From positions 32,001 through 96,000 of IMG/VR virus record IMGVR_UViG_3300031813_000004: a DNA stretch of 64,000 nt. The stretch is one strand, 5' to 3'. Numbering within the stretch: position 1 is the stretch's first letter; the number at the start of each line of letters is the position of its first letter. Below are positions 17,267 through 27,594 of the stretch, in pieces. The notes below the pieces were generated by a model. It saw nothing but the letters and a program-made list of their open reading frames with translations. It made no database searches and had not been told where the DNA came from. The position numbers and the translations under genes were made by a program. This DNA is from a virus (taxonomy: Duplodnaviria > Caudoviricetes).

Positions 17267-19957
17267 ATGCCAAAGTTTCTAGATATTAATGGATTCTGTG
17301 AAGAATTAAAAGAAGTTACATCTATAAAGATTATTGATAAGAAAAATTTTCATAAGGATGGTTTATTTTCTGAGCAGATATTTGGGCCTATAAAAAATTA
17401 TACATGTCAATGTGGAACTTATTATGGTGTATCTAGATCTGGAGGAACATGTAGTATTTGTGGTGTTGATGTTATAAATTCTTATGAAAGACGAAAAAGA
17501 TTTGCAAAGATAGTTATTCCAATAAAAGTTGTAAATCCAATATTTTATCATTTCTTATCATATCTTTGTGGTTCATCACTAATGTCGTCTATAGATGTTT
17601 TACTTAAAGATGAAAAAAGTGTTATGTTTAAAGAAGGTGATGAATATATAGTTAAATCTTCAGATTTAGTTCCAGATAATATCAATACTTGGGAAAGAAC
17701 AGAAGCAATTTATGAAATGGTTTTAGAAATTTCAAGAAAATTTGCAAAACAAGATTCATTATGGAATTTAGTTTATACAAATATAGATAAATTATTAATG
17801 AAAAATATTATAGTTTTACCCCCAGATATGAGGCCAGCAGCAAAAGGAGTTGAAAGAAATAATCAAGTTGTAGATGAAATTAATAAGTATTATATGCAAA
17901 TATTAACTAAACGTGAAATAATGTTGAGCACTATTGTAGATATAGAAAATAGTAAACAAATGTATTATCAATATTTTAGACAATTACAAAAAGATGTATT
18001 TGAATTATATGATCATATTATTACTAAATTATCTAAAAAAGAAGGTTTAATTAGAGGAAATATTTTAGGCAAAAGAATTGATTTTAGTGGAAGAGCAGTT
18101 ATTATTCCAGATCCTAAATTAAATTTAGATGAATGTACATTACCATATGTTATGGTATTAGAATTATATAAATTACCAATAGCCAAAAGATTAATTGAAC
18201 GAAGTAAATTTAGACTTTTAAATGATGCTATTGATTTTATAGATAAATGTATTGAGTATAAGAAACCTGATTTATTAGAAGATGTAAAAGAAGTTGTTAA
18301 AGATGAAGTTTGCCTTTTAAATAGACAACCTTCGTTACATAGATTAAGTCTTGTAGGATTCAAATTTAATGTATCTTTAGATAATGTAATTAAAATACAT
18401 CCTTTAGTGTGTTCTGGTTATAATGCAGATTTTGATGGTGACCAGATGGCTTGTTATATTCCAATAAGTGATAAAACAAGAAATGAGGTTTTAGATAAAT
18501 TAATTGTAACTAAAAATTTAACAAGCCCATCAAATGAAAGTTTAGCTACAGTACCATCACAAGATATTATTTTAGGAATATTTCTATTAACATCTGACAA
18601 ATTTACAAATCTTAAAAATAAAGTTCAATATAAAAATTTAGAAATACCTGATCATATGAAAATATTTAACGAATGTCTTCCTGAAAAATATCCAGTTGTT
18701 AATGAAGTTGTATCAAAAAAGAACTTAACTAGAATATTAAATGATGTTAAAAATAATTATCCAAGTGATATTGTAGTTACATTAGATAAAATTAAAGCGA
18801 CAGGATTTAAATATGCAACATTATTTGGTCCTACTATTTCATTAAACCATTGTGAAATTGATAATGTTGAAGAATTAAAAGCTTCTATTTATGAAACAGA
18901 TGATATTATGAAACATTTAAATAAAATATCTGGTAAAGAAATTGAAGATATTTTAAAAGAAAAATTTGATTATGCATTCCTAGTAGATTCTGGATCCCGA
19001 GGGAGCTGGGCCCAAATGCGCCAGCTTATTTTGACCAGAGGATACGTTTCTAATTTTGATGGTGTAATATGTCCAACTGCAATAAAAAGTAATCTTTTAG
19101 ACGGGTTAGATGAAACTGAATTCTTTAATTCATGTTATGGTAGTAGAAAAGGTCTATTGGATGTTGCACTGACCACAGGAACATCTGGGTATCTTTCAAG
19201 AAAATTAATTTTCACTGGAGTTAATTTACAATTAAGCGCAACTCTTGATGATTGTGGAACAAAAGATTTATTAGAAGTAAATGTAGTTAACCATAAAAAA
19301 GCAAAATTAATGGTAAATAAATATTATTTAAATAATGATAAATTAGAATTAATTACTATAAATAATTATTCTTCATTAATAGGAAAAATTATTAAAGTTA
19401 GGAGTCCAATTTATTGTAAAAGTCCAGAAATATGTCATAAATGTTATGGAGATACATATAAAGCAGTAGATAGTAGATTTATAGGTATTCTTGCAGCACA
19501 ATCACTTGGTGAAGCTGCCACTCAATTAACATTAAGAACTTTTCATCTTAGTGGTGTAGCAAGTGTAAAAGAAGGTGCAACAGATGCATCACAATCTGAT
19601 ATAGTAAGTGACTTAAAAATTGTTTCAGATTTATTGCATAAGTTTAAGAAAGGACAAACCCCAGAAGATTTAGTTCATAATTTATCAGATGTATATAACA
19701 ATACAAAAGAAATTCTTCATGTTCATTTTGAATGTATAGTCTCTCAATTAATGTGGGTCGATGATTTTAAATGGAGATTAATAAAAAATAGAGAAAAAAT
19801 AGTTCCAAAATATGTATCTATACAAAGTGCGCCTTCATTAGAAAGCTTTCTTGTAGGAATGGCATTTTCCAATCCTAGGACCCATATTTTGAAAGGTTTG
19901 ATTCATGGAGGAAACTACACAGGAATATTTGATAAAATTTTATTAGGAGAATTCTAA
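17267..19957 (+). CDS. Phage multisubunit RNA polymerase beta-prime-like subunit
   Basis: GLFSEQIFGP plus Zn finger, LGKRIDFSGRAVI, LNRQPSLH, catalytic NADFDGDQM, GYLSRKL, TQLTLRTFH. Confidence 0.96.
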   Translation: MPKFLDINGFCEELKEVTSIKIIDKKNFHKDGLFSEQIFGPIKNYTCQCGTYYGVSRSGGTCSICGVDVINSYERRKRFAKIVIPIKVVNPIFYHFLSYLCGSSLMSSIDVLLKDEKSVMFKEGDEYIVKSSDLVPDNINTWERTEAIYEMVLEISRKFAKQDSLWNLVYTNIDKLLMKNIIVLPPDMRPAAKGVERNNQVVDEINKYYMQILTKREIMLSTIVDIENSKQMYYQYFRQLQKDVFELYDHIITKLSKKEGLIRGNILGKRIDFSGRAVIIPDPKLNLDECTLPYVMVLELYKLPIAKRLIERSKFRLLNDAIDFIDKCIEYKKPDLLEDVKEVVKDEVCLLNRQPSLHRLSLVGFKFNVSLDNVIKIHPLVCSGYNADFDGDQMACYIPISDKTRNEVLDKLIVTKNLTSPSNESLATVPSQDIILGIFLLTSDKFTNLKNKVQYKNLEIPDHMKIFNECLPEKYPVVNEVVSKKNLTRILNDVKNNYPSDIVVTLDKIKATGFKYATLFGPTISLNHCEIDNVEELKASIYETDDIMKHLNKISGKEIEDILKEKFDYAFLVDSGSRGSWAQMRQLILTRGYVSNFDGVICPTAIKSNLLDGLDETEFFNSCYGSRKGLLDVALTTGTSGYLSRKLIFTGVNLQLSATLDDCGTKDLLEVNVVNHKKAKLMVNKYYLNNDKLELITINNYSSLIGKIIKVRSPIYCKSPEICHKCYGDTYKAVDSRFIGILAAQSLGEAATQLTLRTFHLSGVASVKEGATDASQSDIVSDLKIVSDLLHKFKKGQTPEDLVHNLSDVYNNTKEILHVHFECIVSQLMWVDDFKWRLIKNREKIVPKYVSIQSAPSLESFLVGMAFSNPRTHILKGLIHGGNYTGIFDKILLGEF

Positions 19958-19964
19958 AATTTAA

Positions 19965-19988
19965 AGGGAGACTTTAATTAGTCTCCCT
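19965..19988 (+). terminator. Stem-loop after beta-prime gene
   Basis: AGGGAGACT-TTAATT-AGTCTCCCT. Confidence 0.5.
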
Positions 19989-20007
19989 AAAATAAAAGGA
20001 GTTAATA

Positions 20008-20271
20008 ATGGCAATAACAAAGGATAATGATAAAATATTTTTACATGATAATAGAAAAGAAAACTCAGGTTTACATATGTTATATGTTAAATGGGCATGT
20101 AAACATTTAACAGCAATAGATAGAACTATTAAAAAATTTGATGATTTTTCAAATATTAATATGATTCCTATTATTGAGGCTTTAGTTATAGAAAGAGAAA
20201 AATTATGTAATGAATATGCATCTTATCATGATGCTAATGAAATTTTAGAAGAAATTGAATCTGAAAAATAA
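20008..20271 (+). CDS. Hypothetical protein
   Basis: AAGGAG SD, ORF. Confidence 0.55.
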   Translation: MAITKDNDKIFLHDNRKENSGLHMLYVKWACKHLTAIDRTIKKFDDFSNINMIPIIEALVIEREKLCNEYASYHDANEILEEIESEK

Positions 20272-20284
20272 ATAAGGACTAAAT

Positions 20285-21112
20285 ATGATAAATTGTATCT
20301 TAAATAATAATAATATTTTCTATTTCGATTCATATAATAAAAATTTAATTGCTGGTAAATTTGAATTGAATAATTTTAATAATAAATACGAATATTTAGA
20401 ATTTATGTATAATCCTTTAACTAAAAAAGTAAAATTATTAGAAAGTAAAAAATTTAATATAATTAAATTAGAAGAACAATTATTAAAATTAGACTTTTCT
20501 AATATAATTCCTAATTTAATAATAAAACCAATTGAAAATCCATTTATTAAATTTAAGGAACCACAAATAGTTACTAAAGATGTTATTGAATTATTAAAAG
20601 AATTGAACTCGATAAGGGACTCGATAAGGAACTCGATAGGGGACTCGATAAGGAACTCGATATGGGACTCGATAGGGAACTCGATATGGGTCTCGATAGG
20701 GAACTCGATAGGGGACTCGATAAGGAACTCGATATGGGTCTCGATAAGGAACTCGATAGGGGACTCGATAGGGGACTCGATAGGGGACTCGATAAGGAAC
20801 TCGATAGGGGACTCGATAGGGAACTCGATAGGGGACTCGATAGGGGACTCGATAGGGAACTCGATAGGGGACTCGATAAGGAACTCGATAGAGAACTCGA
20901 TATGGGTCTCGATAGGGAACTCGTTATATTGTTATTTTGCATCATTTGTTTATATTAAATCTTGGAAAGGATTAGAACATCTAGGTGAAAATCCTTGGTT
21001 GCCAAACCAGAAACTATGGAATTTAGGATTTATTCCAAGTTTTGATGATAAAACTTGGAAATTACATTCTGGAAATAAAGCAACTATTGTTTATGAAATG
21101 AATAAAATTTAA
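20285..21112 (+). CDS. Phage protein with central (N/D/V)SI(R/G/W) tetrapeptide repeats
   Basis: ORF in frame through the 12-bp array; unique C-terminus LWNLGFIPSFDDKTWKLHSG. Confidence 0.7.
   Translation: MINCILNNNNIFYFDSYNKNLIAGKFELNNFNNKYEYLEFMYNPLTKKVKLLESKKFNIIKLEEQLLKLDFSNIIPNLIIKPIENPFIKFKEPQIVTKDVIELLKELNSIRDSIRNSIGDSIRNSIWDSIGNSIWVSIGNSIGDSIRNSIWVSIRNSIGDSIGDSIGDSIRNSIGDSIGNSIGDSIGDSIGNSIGDSIRNSIENSIWVSIGNSLYCYFASFVYIKSWKGLEHLGENPWLPNQKLWNLGFIPSFDDKTWKLHSGNKATIVYEMNKI
20606..20923 (+). repeat. Coding tandem repeat, 26.5 x 12 bp
   Basis: Unit (AAC/GAC/GTC)-TCG-ATA-(AGG/GGG/TGG), far more G+C rich than flanks. Confidence 0.95.
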
Positions 21113-21146
21113 AAATAAGACAATCAAAAACTATACAGGAGAGTAT

Positions 21147-24100
21147 ATGGAACTCACAAATCCAGTTTATAAAATTCAAAATCCAGTGAATAATATATTT
21201 ACTATAAGAGAAAAAGAATATTCAGAATTAGAAATTTTGATTAGAGAAGTATTGAAACCTGCTGAAGAGTTGGGATTTGAACTAATGGAATTTGGGATAA
21301 AGGATTCCAGATTTTCTAATGAAGGAGAATTAGATAAAACATTAAAAAAGACTGTTGTTATTAAATTTAAAAAATTAGAAGATGAAATTAATTTATCAAT
21401 GGCTATACCAAAATTAGTAGGTGGAAATTATTTTTATATTAATGGAAAAAAGAAAATTCCATTATATCAATTATTTGATATTCCAGTTGTAACTAGAGGA
21501 AAAACTATTAAAATAAGAACTAATGTTGCAACTTTAACAGTTATATTATCAAAAGAAGAACCATCAGTTCAAGTTAATTTTATAGGAAAGACTATACCAT
21601 TGTCTTTATTATTATTTTCTTATTATGGCCCAGAAGAAGTAGAAAATAAATTTAAATTAAAAGAATTAGATTATAGTATATTAAAGAAAGATACAGTATA
21701 TGAAAAATTAATACATGATTTAAAAATGTATTCAGATGCATCACCTAATTATGAACAAGATGATTTTATTAAAGAATTAGGTAGATTTAGTTCTAAATAT
21801 GACCCGACTCAAAAGGGCCAAGATATGGTATATGCTTTGAGTATTATGTTGAAGTGTGATATCATGTCTGCTAGATTCTTTAAAAATAATTGTGTAATAG
21901 AAGAATTATTAGAAGTTTTACAAAATCCAAATGTTGATGATACTGAATATTCAAATAAAAGAATTAGATGTTTTGAATATATAGTATTAGGTAAAATATC
22001 AAAAACAATTTTCGATTTTTGTGTATCAAATAGAAATGCAAAAAAACCTAAATATAATGTAAATTCAACATTAATATTATCTGAATGTAATGTTTCAGAT
22101 ATAGTTCAATTTGATTTTTCTATTAATCCTATTGAGGAATTAACAAAATTATCAAGAACTAGTTTAGTTGGTCCTGGTGGGTTTGATAAAGAAAATGTAC
22201 CAAAGCATTTAAGAGATATAACTCCATCAATGTTTGGGAGAGTATGCCCAGTTGATACTCCTGATAGGGAGAATTGTGGAGTATTACAAAATTTAATATC
22301 AAATACAATTTTAGATGAAAATTTAAGATTCTCAGAAAATTACTTAGTTAATCAACCAATATCAATTCCTGTAAGTTTAGTTCCATTTTTAGAACATGAT
22401 GATCAAACAAGATTACAAATGGCATCTTCACAAATGAGACAAGCAATTTGTTTAACAGATTTTGATGTACCTATGATACAAAGTGGTTGCGAAGGATTAT
22501 ATACAGATTATACACAATTTGTAAGAAGAGCTAAAAAAGATGGTGAAGTTATATTTTTAGATAGTAATTGTATGGTTGTAGTTTATGAAGATAAAACTAT
22601 TGATATATTTGATACCTTTTATAGAAAAGTTTACGTTGAAAATTTAGATTTAATAGATTCAATATATTTCAAAACAGGAGATAAATTTAAAACAGGAGAT
22701 ATTTTATTAGAAAGTAGTTTTTGTAAAAATGGTAAAATAAATATTGGTAAAAATTTATTAACTGCAGTAACATCATATGATGGATATAATTATGAAGATG
22801 GTATTTTAATTTCTGATAGATTATTAAATGGTAAAAATGTTTTTACATCTATTCATTTTATAGATTTATCTTTTAATTTACCAATACATAAGGTACTATT
22901 AAATCTTCCATATAGAACTAAAGATGAAATTGAAGAAGAAAAAAGATTGAAAAGAAGGATATATAAACCTTTACCTAATCCAAAAACAACAAATGGAAAA
23001 TCATCTACTAATTTTGAAGTCCTTAAAAAAGAAATGCCTTATGCTATAATGAAAGATATACCATGTGGTCAAATGGATTTTTCATCAATATTCAGAGAAG
23101 CAACTCAATTAAATATAAAGAAAAATTTAGTTGGTATTAATGAAGTAAATATTTATGCAAATGAATGGAACAAAGAAATACCAGAATTCAATGAATGGGT
23201 TGAAAATAAAATACAAAGTCAAATAGATTATGAAAAAGAAATTCAGAAACCTATTTATGATGCATTACCAAAAGATGAAGCTTTACAATTTATTAGAGAT
23301 AACAATTTAGATAAGTTTAGTCATGTTGGAAAATATAAAAATAAAAATGAACCGATTAATGGAATGAATGTTGAAATCTATGGAATATATACAAGACAAA
23401 TAGCAGTAGGTGATAAAATAGGAAATAGACACGGAAATAAAGGTGTTATTTCAAGAATAGTACCTCATGAAAAAATGCCAAAATTAGCAGATGGTAGAAA
23501 TGTTGATATTTGTATAAATGCTTTAGGTGTTCCAAGTAGAATGAATATTGGGCAAATATTTGAATTACATATGGGATTTGCTTTAGAAAATTTAAAGAAA
23601 CAATTGAATAAGATGATAGATGATAATGAACACCAAGATGAAATTAAAAAGCATATAGTTACATTTATTACAATTATTGATAATACCAAAACTAAATGGT
23701 ATACTACCCAATTTATTGAGCAATTACCTTTAATTATTACCAAAGAATTTATAGATGAGTTTACGATAATAGCTCCTCCGTTTGAATCATCTACAAAAGA
23801 AATGGTAAAAGCTGCAATGGAATTTACTGGGAGCGAGTATGATCAAAAAGTATTTCTTCCAGAATTTGGTTGTTGGACCGAAAATAAGGTGGCATGTGGC
23901 TCAATGTATTTCTTTCGCATGACCCACATTGCAGAATCTAAATTATCTGCTAGAGGGATTGGTAGATATAGCAAGAAAACCGCTCAACCTGTTAGTGGAA
24001 AGAAATTTAAAGGTGGCCAAAGAATTGGCGAAATGGAGAGCGCGTGTTTAATTGCTCAAGATGCGATAGAAAATCTTAAAGAATGTCTAACAACTAAATC

Positions 24101-24245
24101 TGATTGTGTAGATTTAAAGAATCAATATATAAAAGATATGATTGATTCAACACAAAAAGATCCAAATCAAGTCATTGATTCAGTCCCAGAGTCAGTAAAA
24201 ATGCTTAATAGCTATTTAGTTGTGCTCGGACTCGATAAAGATTAA
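21147..24245 (+). CDS. Phage multisubunit RNA polymerase beta-like subunit
   Basis: GRVCPVDTPDRENCG, PFLEHDD..R..M...QMRQA, GYNYEDG, GDKIGNRHGNKGVIS, PSRMNIGQ, GGQRIGEME. Confidence 0.96.
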   Translation: MELTNPVYKIQNPVNNIFTIREKEYSELEILIREVLKPAEELGFELMEFGIKDSRFSNEGELDKTLKKTVVIKFKKLEDEINLSMAIPKLVGGNYFYINGKKKIPLYQLFDIPVVTRGKTIKIRTNVATLTVILSKEEPSVQVNFIGKTIPLSLLLFSYYGPEEVENKFKLKELDYSILKKDTVYEKLIHDLKMYSDASPNYEQDDFIKELGRFSSKYDPTQKGQDMVYALSIMLKCDIMSARFFKNNCVIEELLEVLQNPNVDDTEYSNKRIRCFEYIVLGKISKTIFDFCVSNRNAKKPKYNVNSTLILSECNVSDIVQFDFSINPIEELTKLSRTSLVGPGGFDKENVPKHLRDITPSMFGRVCPVDTPDRENCGVLQNLISNTILDENLRFSENYLVNQPISIPVSLVPFLEHDDQTRLQMASSQMRQAICLTDFDVPMIQSGCEGLYTDYTQFVRRAKKDGEVIFLDSNCMVVVYEDKTIDIFDTFYRKVYVENLDLIDSIYFKTGDKFKTGDILLESSFCKNGKINIGKNLLTAVTSYDGYNYEDGILISDRLLNGKNVFTSIHFIDLSFNLPIHKVLLNLPYRTKDEIEEEKRLKRRIYKPLPNPKTTNGKSSTNFEVLKKEMPYAIMKDIPCGQMDFSSIFREATQLNIKKNLVGINEVNIYANEWNKEIPEFNEWVENKIQSQIDYEKEIQKPIYDALPKDEALQFIRDNNLDKFSHVGKYKNKNEPINGMNVEIYGIYTRQIAVGDKIGNRHGNKGVISRIVPHEKMPKLADGRNVDICINALGVPSRMNIGQIFELHMGFALENLKKQLNKMIDDNEHQDEIKKHIVTFITIIDNTKTKWYTTQFIEQLPLIITKEFIDEFTIIAPPFESSTKEMVKAAMEFTGSEYDQKVFLPEFGCWTENKVACGSMYFFRMTHIAESKLSARGIGRYSKKTAQPVSGKKFKGGQRIGEMESACLIAQDAIENLKECLTTKSDCVDLKNQYIKDMIDSTQKDPNQVIDSVPESVKMLNSYLVVLGLDKD

Positions 24246-24259
24246 AAAGGATAAACTAT

Positions 24260-24460
24260 ATGAAAGGTAAAATAAAACTTATATGTAATAACACTAAATG
24301 TAAAAAAGAATTTGAGGCAACACAAACTGAAGTGGATAGAGGGAGAAAATTCTGTTCACTTCAGTGTAGTGTTATTACAAAAAGAGCTGAAAGAAAAAGT
24401 CAAAAAATGAATAAAGAATATGATAGTAAAGGAGAGAAAAATGAAGCTTATACATATTAA
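24260..24460 (+). CDS. Small Cys-rich (treble-clef-like) protein
   Basis: C....C.KEF...RKFCS.QC. Confidence 0.55.
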   Translation: MKGKIKLICNNTKCKKEFEATQTEVDRGRKFCSLQCSVITKRAERKSQKMNKEYDSKGEKNEAYTY

Positions 24461-24873
24461 GACATTAAAAGAATTAAAAATTGGTGACCCAGTAACTACA
24501 TTTAAAAATGAAATTGGAATACTTGAATTTTTTAAAGAGCCTTATAAAATATCATCTACTGGTAAAGTATATATTAAATTTCTTAATTCAACACAAGAAT
24601 TATTTCCAAGAGTTATAGGAGCTAAATTTGTAGATGAAAATATTAAAGTTGAGCAATCTTTAAAAGAGAAATTATTATTAGATTATGGAGCTGAGATAAT
24701 TAAGTTTAACTGATGCAAAAAGTAATGGTGTTGAATATGTAAGTTTTGATACATTACCAGAAAGTAAAAGTAGAGGAAGAATTTTAATACCAATTGACGA
24801 AGCCATCACTTATTGGGAGTGTGGTCATAAAGCATTACAACATGGAGCTAACCCTGAGAATTACAATTACTAA
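24441..24873 (+). pseudogene. Hypothetical protein, apparently frameshifted at 24705-24707
   Basis: Frame stops at 24713; the +1 frame stays open 24706-24873 with no start codon of its own. Confidence 0.4.
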
Positions 24874-24884
24874 AGGAGAATTAC

Positions 24885-25850
24885 ATGAAAAAGTTTAGTA
24901 TCTTCTTATTTACGTTGTTAACTCTTATCCCTTCTATATCGTTCTCTAAAGGTTCATCTTCATTCTCTAGTGGAGGTGGTGGAAGTCGTTCGAGTTATTC
25001 TGGTGGGTCATCTTATTCAAATTCATCTAAATCTTCTGGTTCTTCTTATTCTAATAGTTATAGTAAACCCTCTACCCCTTCAACTCCATCAAGTTACTCT
25101 AATAGCTATTCTAAACCAGCACCTTCAAGTAGTTATAGCAATAGCGCTGGAACTACTTATAATAAACCAGTACAAACGGTTCAACCAAAATCACAATTTC
25201 AACAGAGAGCTAATGCTGGAATAACTAAACAAAATTCAACAAAAGCTTTAAGTGATTATAAAGCTCAACAATCCAAATTTAGACAAGCTCCTTCAAGTTA
25301 TACAAAAGTATCACCAAGATCTTATACAACTGTAAATCATTATAATGTTTCATCTGGAGATTATTATATTCATAGAAGTTCTTTTTATGGGCGTTATAAC
25401 TACCACCCAGCTTATATGTATAATAGTTATCCTTATTTTGGAATGTGGGACGGTATGGCATTATGGTTCATGTTAGACCATATCAATGACCGCCAATATG
25501 CAATGATGTATTACAATCAGCAAAATAATCCAGATATGATTCAATGGAGACAAGAAGCAAATCGTTTAGCTCAGGATAACGCAGATCTTAGAAATAAATT
25601 AAACCAAATGGATAATCAAACAAGAAATCTGAATGGACAACCTGTTGATCCTAGTTATATACCTGAGCAAATGAGAGATGTAGCATTCTCAGCTAATGCT
25701 ATAGAACAAGCAAATCAACAAGCTCAAGTACAACCTCAACAACAAATGAATTATCAACCACCTCAGCCAGTTAAAAAAGAAACACATTATATTGCATATA
25801 CTATAGCTGGAATTATAGTAATTTGTGGAGTTGTATGGTGGTTACTATAA
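24885..25850 (+). CDS. Exported/membrane protein with Ser/Gly-rich N-terminus
   Basis: Signal peptide, low-complexity S/G/Y tract, GMWDGMALWFML segment, C-terminal TM anchor. Confidence 0.7.
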   Translation: MKKFSIFLFTLLTLIPSISFSKGSSSFSSGGGGSRSSYSGGSSYSNSSKSSGSSYSNSYSKPSTPSTPSSYSNSYSKPAPSSSYSNSAGTTYNKPVQTVQPKSQFQQRANAGITKQNSTKALSDYKAQQSKFRQAPSSYTKVSPRSYTTVNHYNVSSGDYYIHRSSFYGRYNYHPAYMYNSYPYFGMWDGMALWFMLDHINDRQYAMMYYNQQNNPDMIQWRQEANRLAQDNADLRNKLNQMDNQTRNLNGQPVDPSYIPEQMRDVAFSANAIEQANQQAQVQPQQQMNYQPPQPVKKETHYIAYTIAGIIVICGVVWWLL

Positions 25851-25863
25851 AAGGAGAAATTAA

Positions 25864-26859
25864 ATGGCTGAAGATGATCTTACAGAATTTTTGGAACAAG
25901 TTGGAAAGAATGTAAATAATAAAGGATCAATATCTAAATTAAAAGAAAGTCAATCATGCGGAGAAGATCAAGAAGAACCAGCATTAAGAATTAAAACTGG
26001 TAAAAATAAAAGAAAAATTGGTGATATTTGCCAATGGGCTGAATTAGGTAATAATTCTTTTGCATCTGTAAATAGTACTGTAGATGAATTACCACCTGGT
26101 ATTTATAGAGCATCATGGAGTAACCAACAAGTTATAATAACTCAATTAAATATTGTTTCTGATGAATTATTAAAATTACCTGATTCTACTAATTCAAAAA
26201 TTATTAATTCAATTACTACATTCTGGAATGCTAAATCTAAATTTGTTAAAAGAAATCAATTATTTAAAAGAGGAATGCTTTTATGGGGTCCGCCTGGAAG
26301 TGGAAAAACTGTGACAGTTATGCTTTTAACAAAAGAATTAGTTGAGAATGGAGGAATAGTTTTAAATTGTAATGATCCTCACCCAACATTAAAAGCATTA
26401 GAAGAAATAAGAAAAATAGAACCAGATAGACCCATTATATGTATTCTTGAAGATATTGATGAAATAATTAATCAATGTGGAGAGTCTACTATTCTATCAT
26501 TATTAGATGGAGAAAGTCAAATAAATAATGTTGTGTACTTAGCTACAACAAATTATCCTGATAGATTAGATCAAAGAATAATAAATAGACCCTCAAGATT
26601 TGATGAGGTGATCAAGATAGGAATGCCTCCTAGACACGTTAGATCATTTTATTTAAGATCTAGAATTACTAAAGAAGAATTAAATGATGAAGATTTAGAA
26701 AGATGGTTAGACGATACTAATGATTTAAGTATAGCACATTTAAAAGAATTAGTTATTGCAATATTCTGTTTAGGAAGAACATATGAAGAAACAATTGAAA
26801 GATTAAAGAAAATGAAAACTGTTTCAAATTTTAATGAATCTAAACTTGGTTTTGTTTAA
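25864..26859 (+). CDS. AAA+ ATPase
   Basis: GPPGSGKT, ILEDID, TTNYPDRLD..NRPSRFD. Confidence 0.9.
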   Translation: MAEDDLTEFLEQVGKNVNNKGSISKLKESQSCGEDQEEPALRIKTGKNKRKIGDICQWAELGNNSFASVNSTVDELPPGIYRASWSNQQVIITQLNIVSDELLKLPDSTNSKIINSITTFWNAKSKFVKRNQLFKRGMLLWGPPGSGKTVTVMLLTKELVENGGIVLNCNDPHPTLKALEEIRKIEPDRPIICILEDIDEIINQCGESTILSLLDGESQINNVVYLATTNYPDRLDQRIINRPSRFDEVIKIGMPPRHVRSFYLRSRITKEELNDEDLERWLDDTNDLSIAHLKELVIAIFCLGRTYEETIERLKKMKTVSNFNESKLGFV

Positions 26860-26871
26860 AAGGAGATTAAT

Positions 26872-27582
26872 ATGATTTTAGAAATGTTGAAAGAAGCTAA
26901 TGAAAGAAAGATGAATAGACTTAAAAGTATGTTTACACCTAAACCCATTAGGTTTGATCTAAACCTCCCTTATGATATACAATTAGAAAGTAAAATTCAA
27001 ATTGGAGGAGATAAACCTAGTTTTGATTTAACTGTTAATAAAGCTAAACCTTTATGTTCTGGTAAAGTTGTATCTATTGGCCAGATTAATTTTCAATTAG
27101 GTGGTAATTTTAAAATTTATCGTTTCTATATTCAAGATTCTGAAAATAAAGAATTTATTTTACAAGTAGTTAAAGATTTGGATACCAATGAAAATATTGA
27201 AACTTTGTTATTTAATGTTGTTAATGAAGTATTTCCAGTTAGTGTTCCTGATTGGGAATTATGGTTAAATAGAGATGGAGGGTTATTAGGTTTTAAAGAT
27301 TTTACATTACCAACTGGAGAAATGTTTGTAAGAAGTATTCCTGGTGGAGATGATGATAAAGTTGCACCAATTGAAGTTAATGAACAAATAGGAATTGATC
27401 CATTTGTTCATGATGAATATTCAGTAGACCATGATATGGTATTTTATTCAAGAGCAATTGATGAAGAGAATTCTGAATATTGTATTATTAGTAAAGAGAC
27501 CGAAAAAGGTAATGATTTTATTAGAATTCTTAAAGGTGTTGAATTTGATACTGATAAAATCTTTGTATTTAACCTTAATTAA
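26872..27582 (+). CDS. DUF2491/YjfK-like protein
   Basis: V.SIG......IYRFY....ILQV, DWE.WL...G..G...F, M.FYSR.I....EY pattern. Confidence 0.6.
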   Translation: MILEMLKEANERKMNRLKSMFTPKPIRFDLNLPYDIQLESKIQIGGDKPSFDLTVNKAKPLCSGKVVSIGQINFQLGGNFKIYRFYIQDSENKEFILQVVKDLDTNENIETLLFNVVNEVFPVSVPDWELWLNRDGGLLGFKDFTLPTGEMFVRSIPGGDDDKVAPIEVNEQIGIDPFVHDEYSVDHDMVFYSRAIDEENSEYCIISKETEKGNDFIRILKGVEFDTDKIFVFNLN

Positions 27583-27594
27583 AAGGAGAATTAA

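Noticed and set aside
20606-20923. CRISPR array or DGR variable region
   Set aside because: Units are contiguous 12-mers with no unique spacers. No template repeat or reverse transcriptase is seen in the window, and the adenines of ATA never vary.
20583-20958. Alternative-frame ORFs 20583-20945 (-) and 20662-20958 (+)
   Set aside because: By-products of a stop-free 12-bp repeat; no SD or unique domain
17267-24245. Bacterial rpoBC locus (host chromosome or contamination)
   Set aside because: Subunits are short and divergent, order reversed, no ribosomal protein genes, and the context is phage
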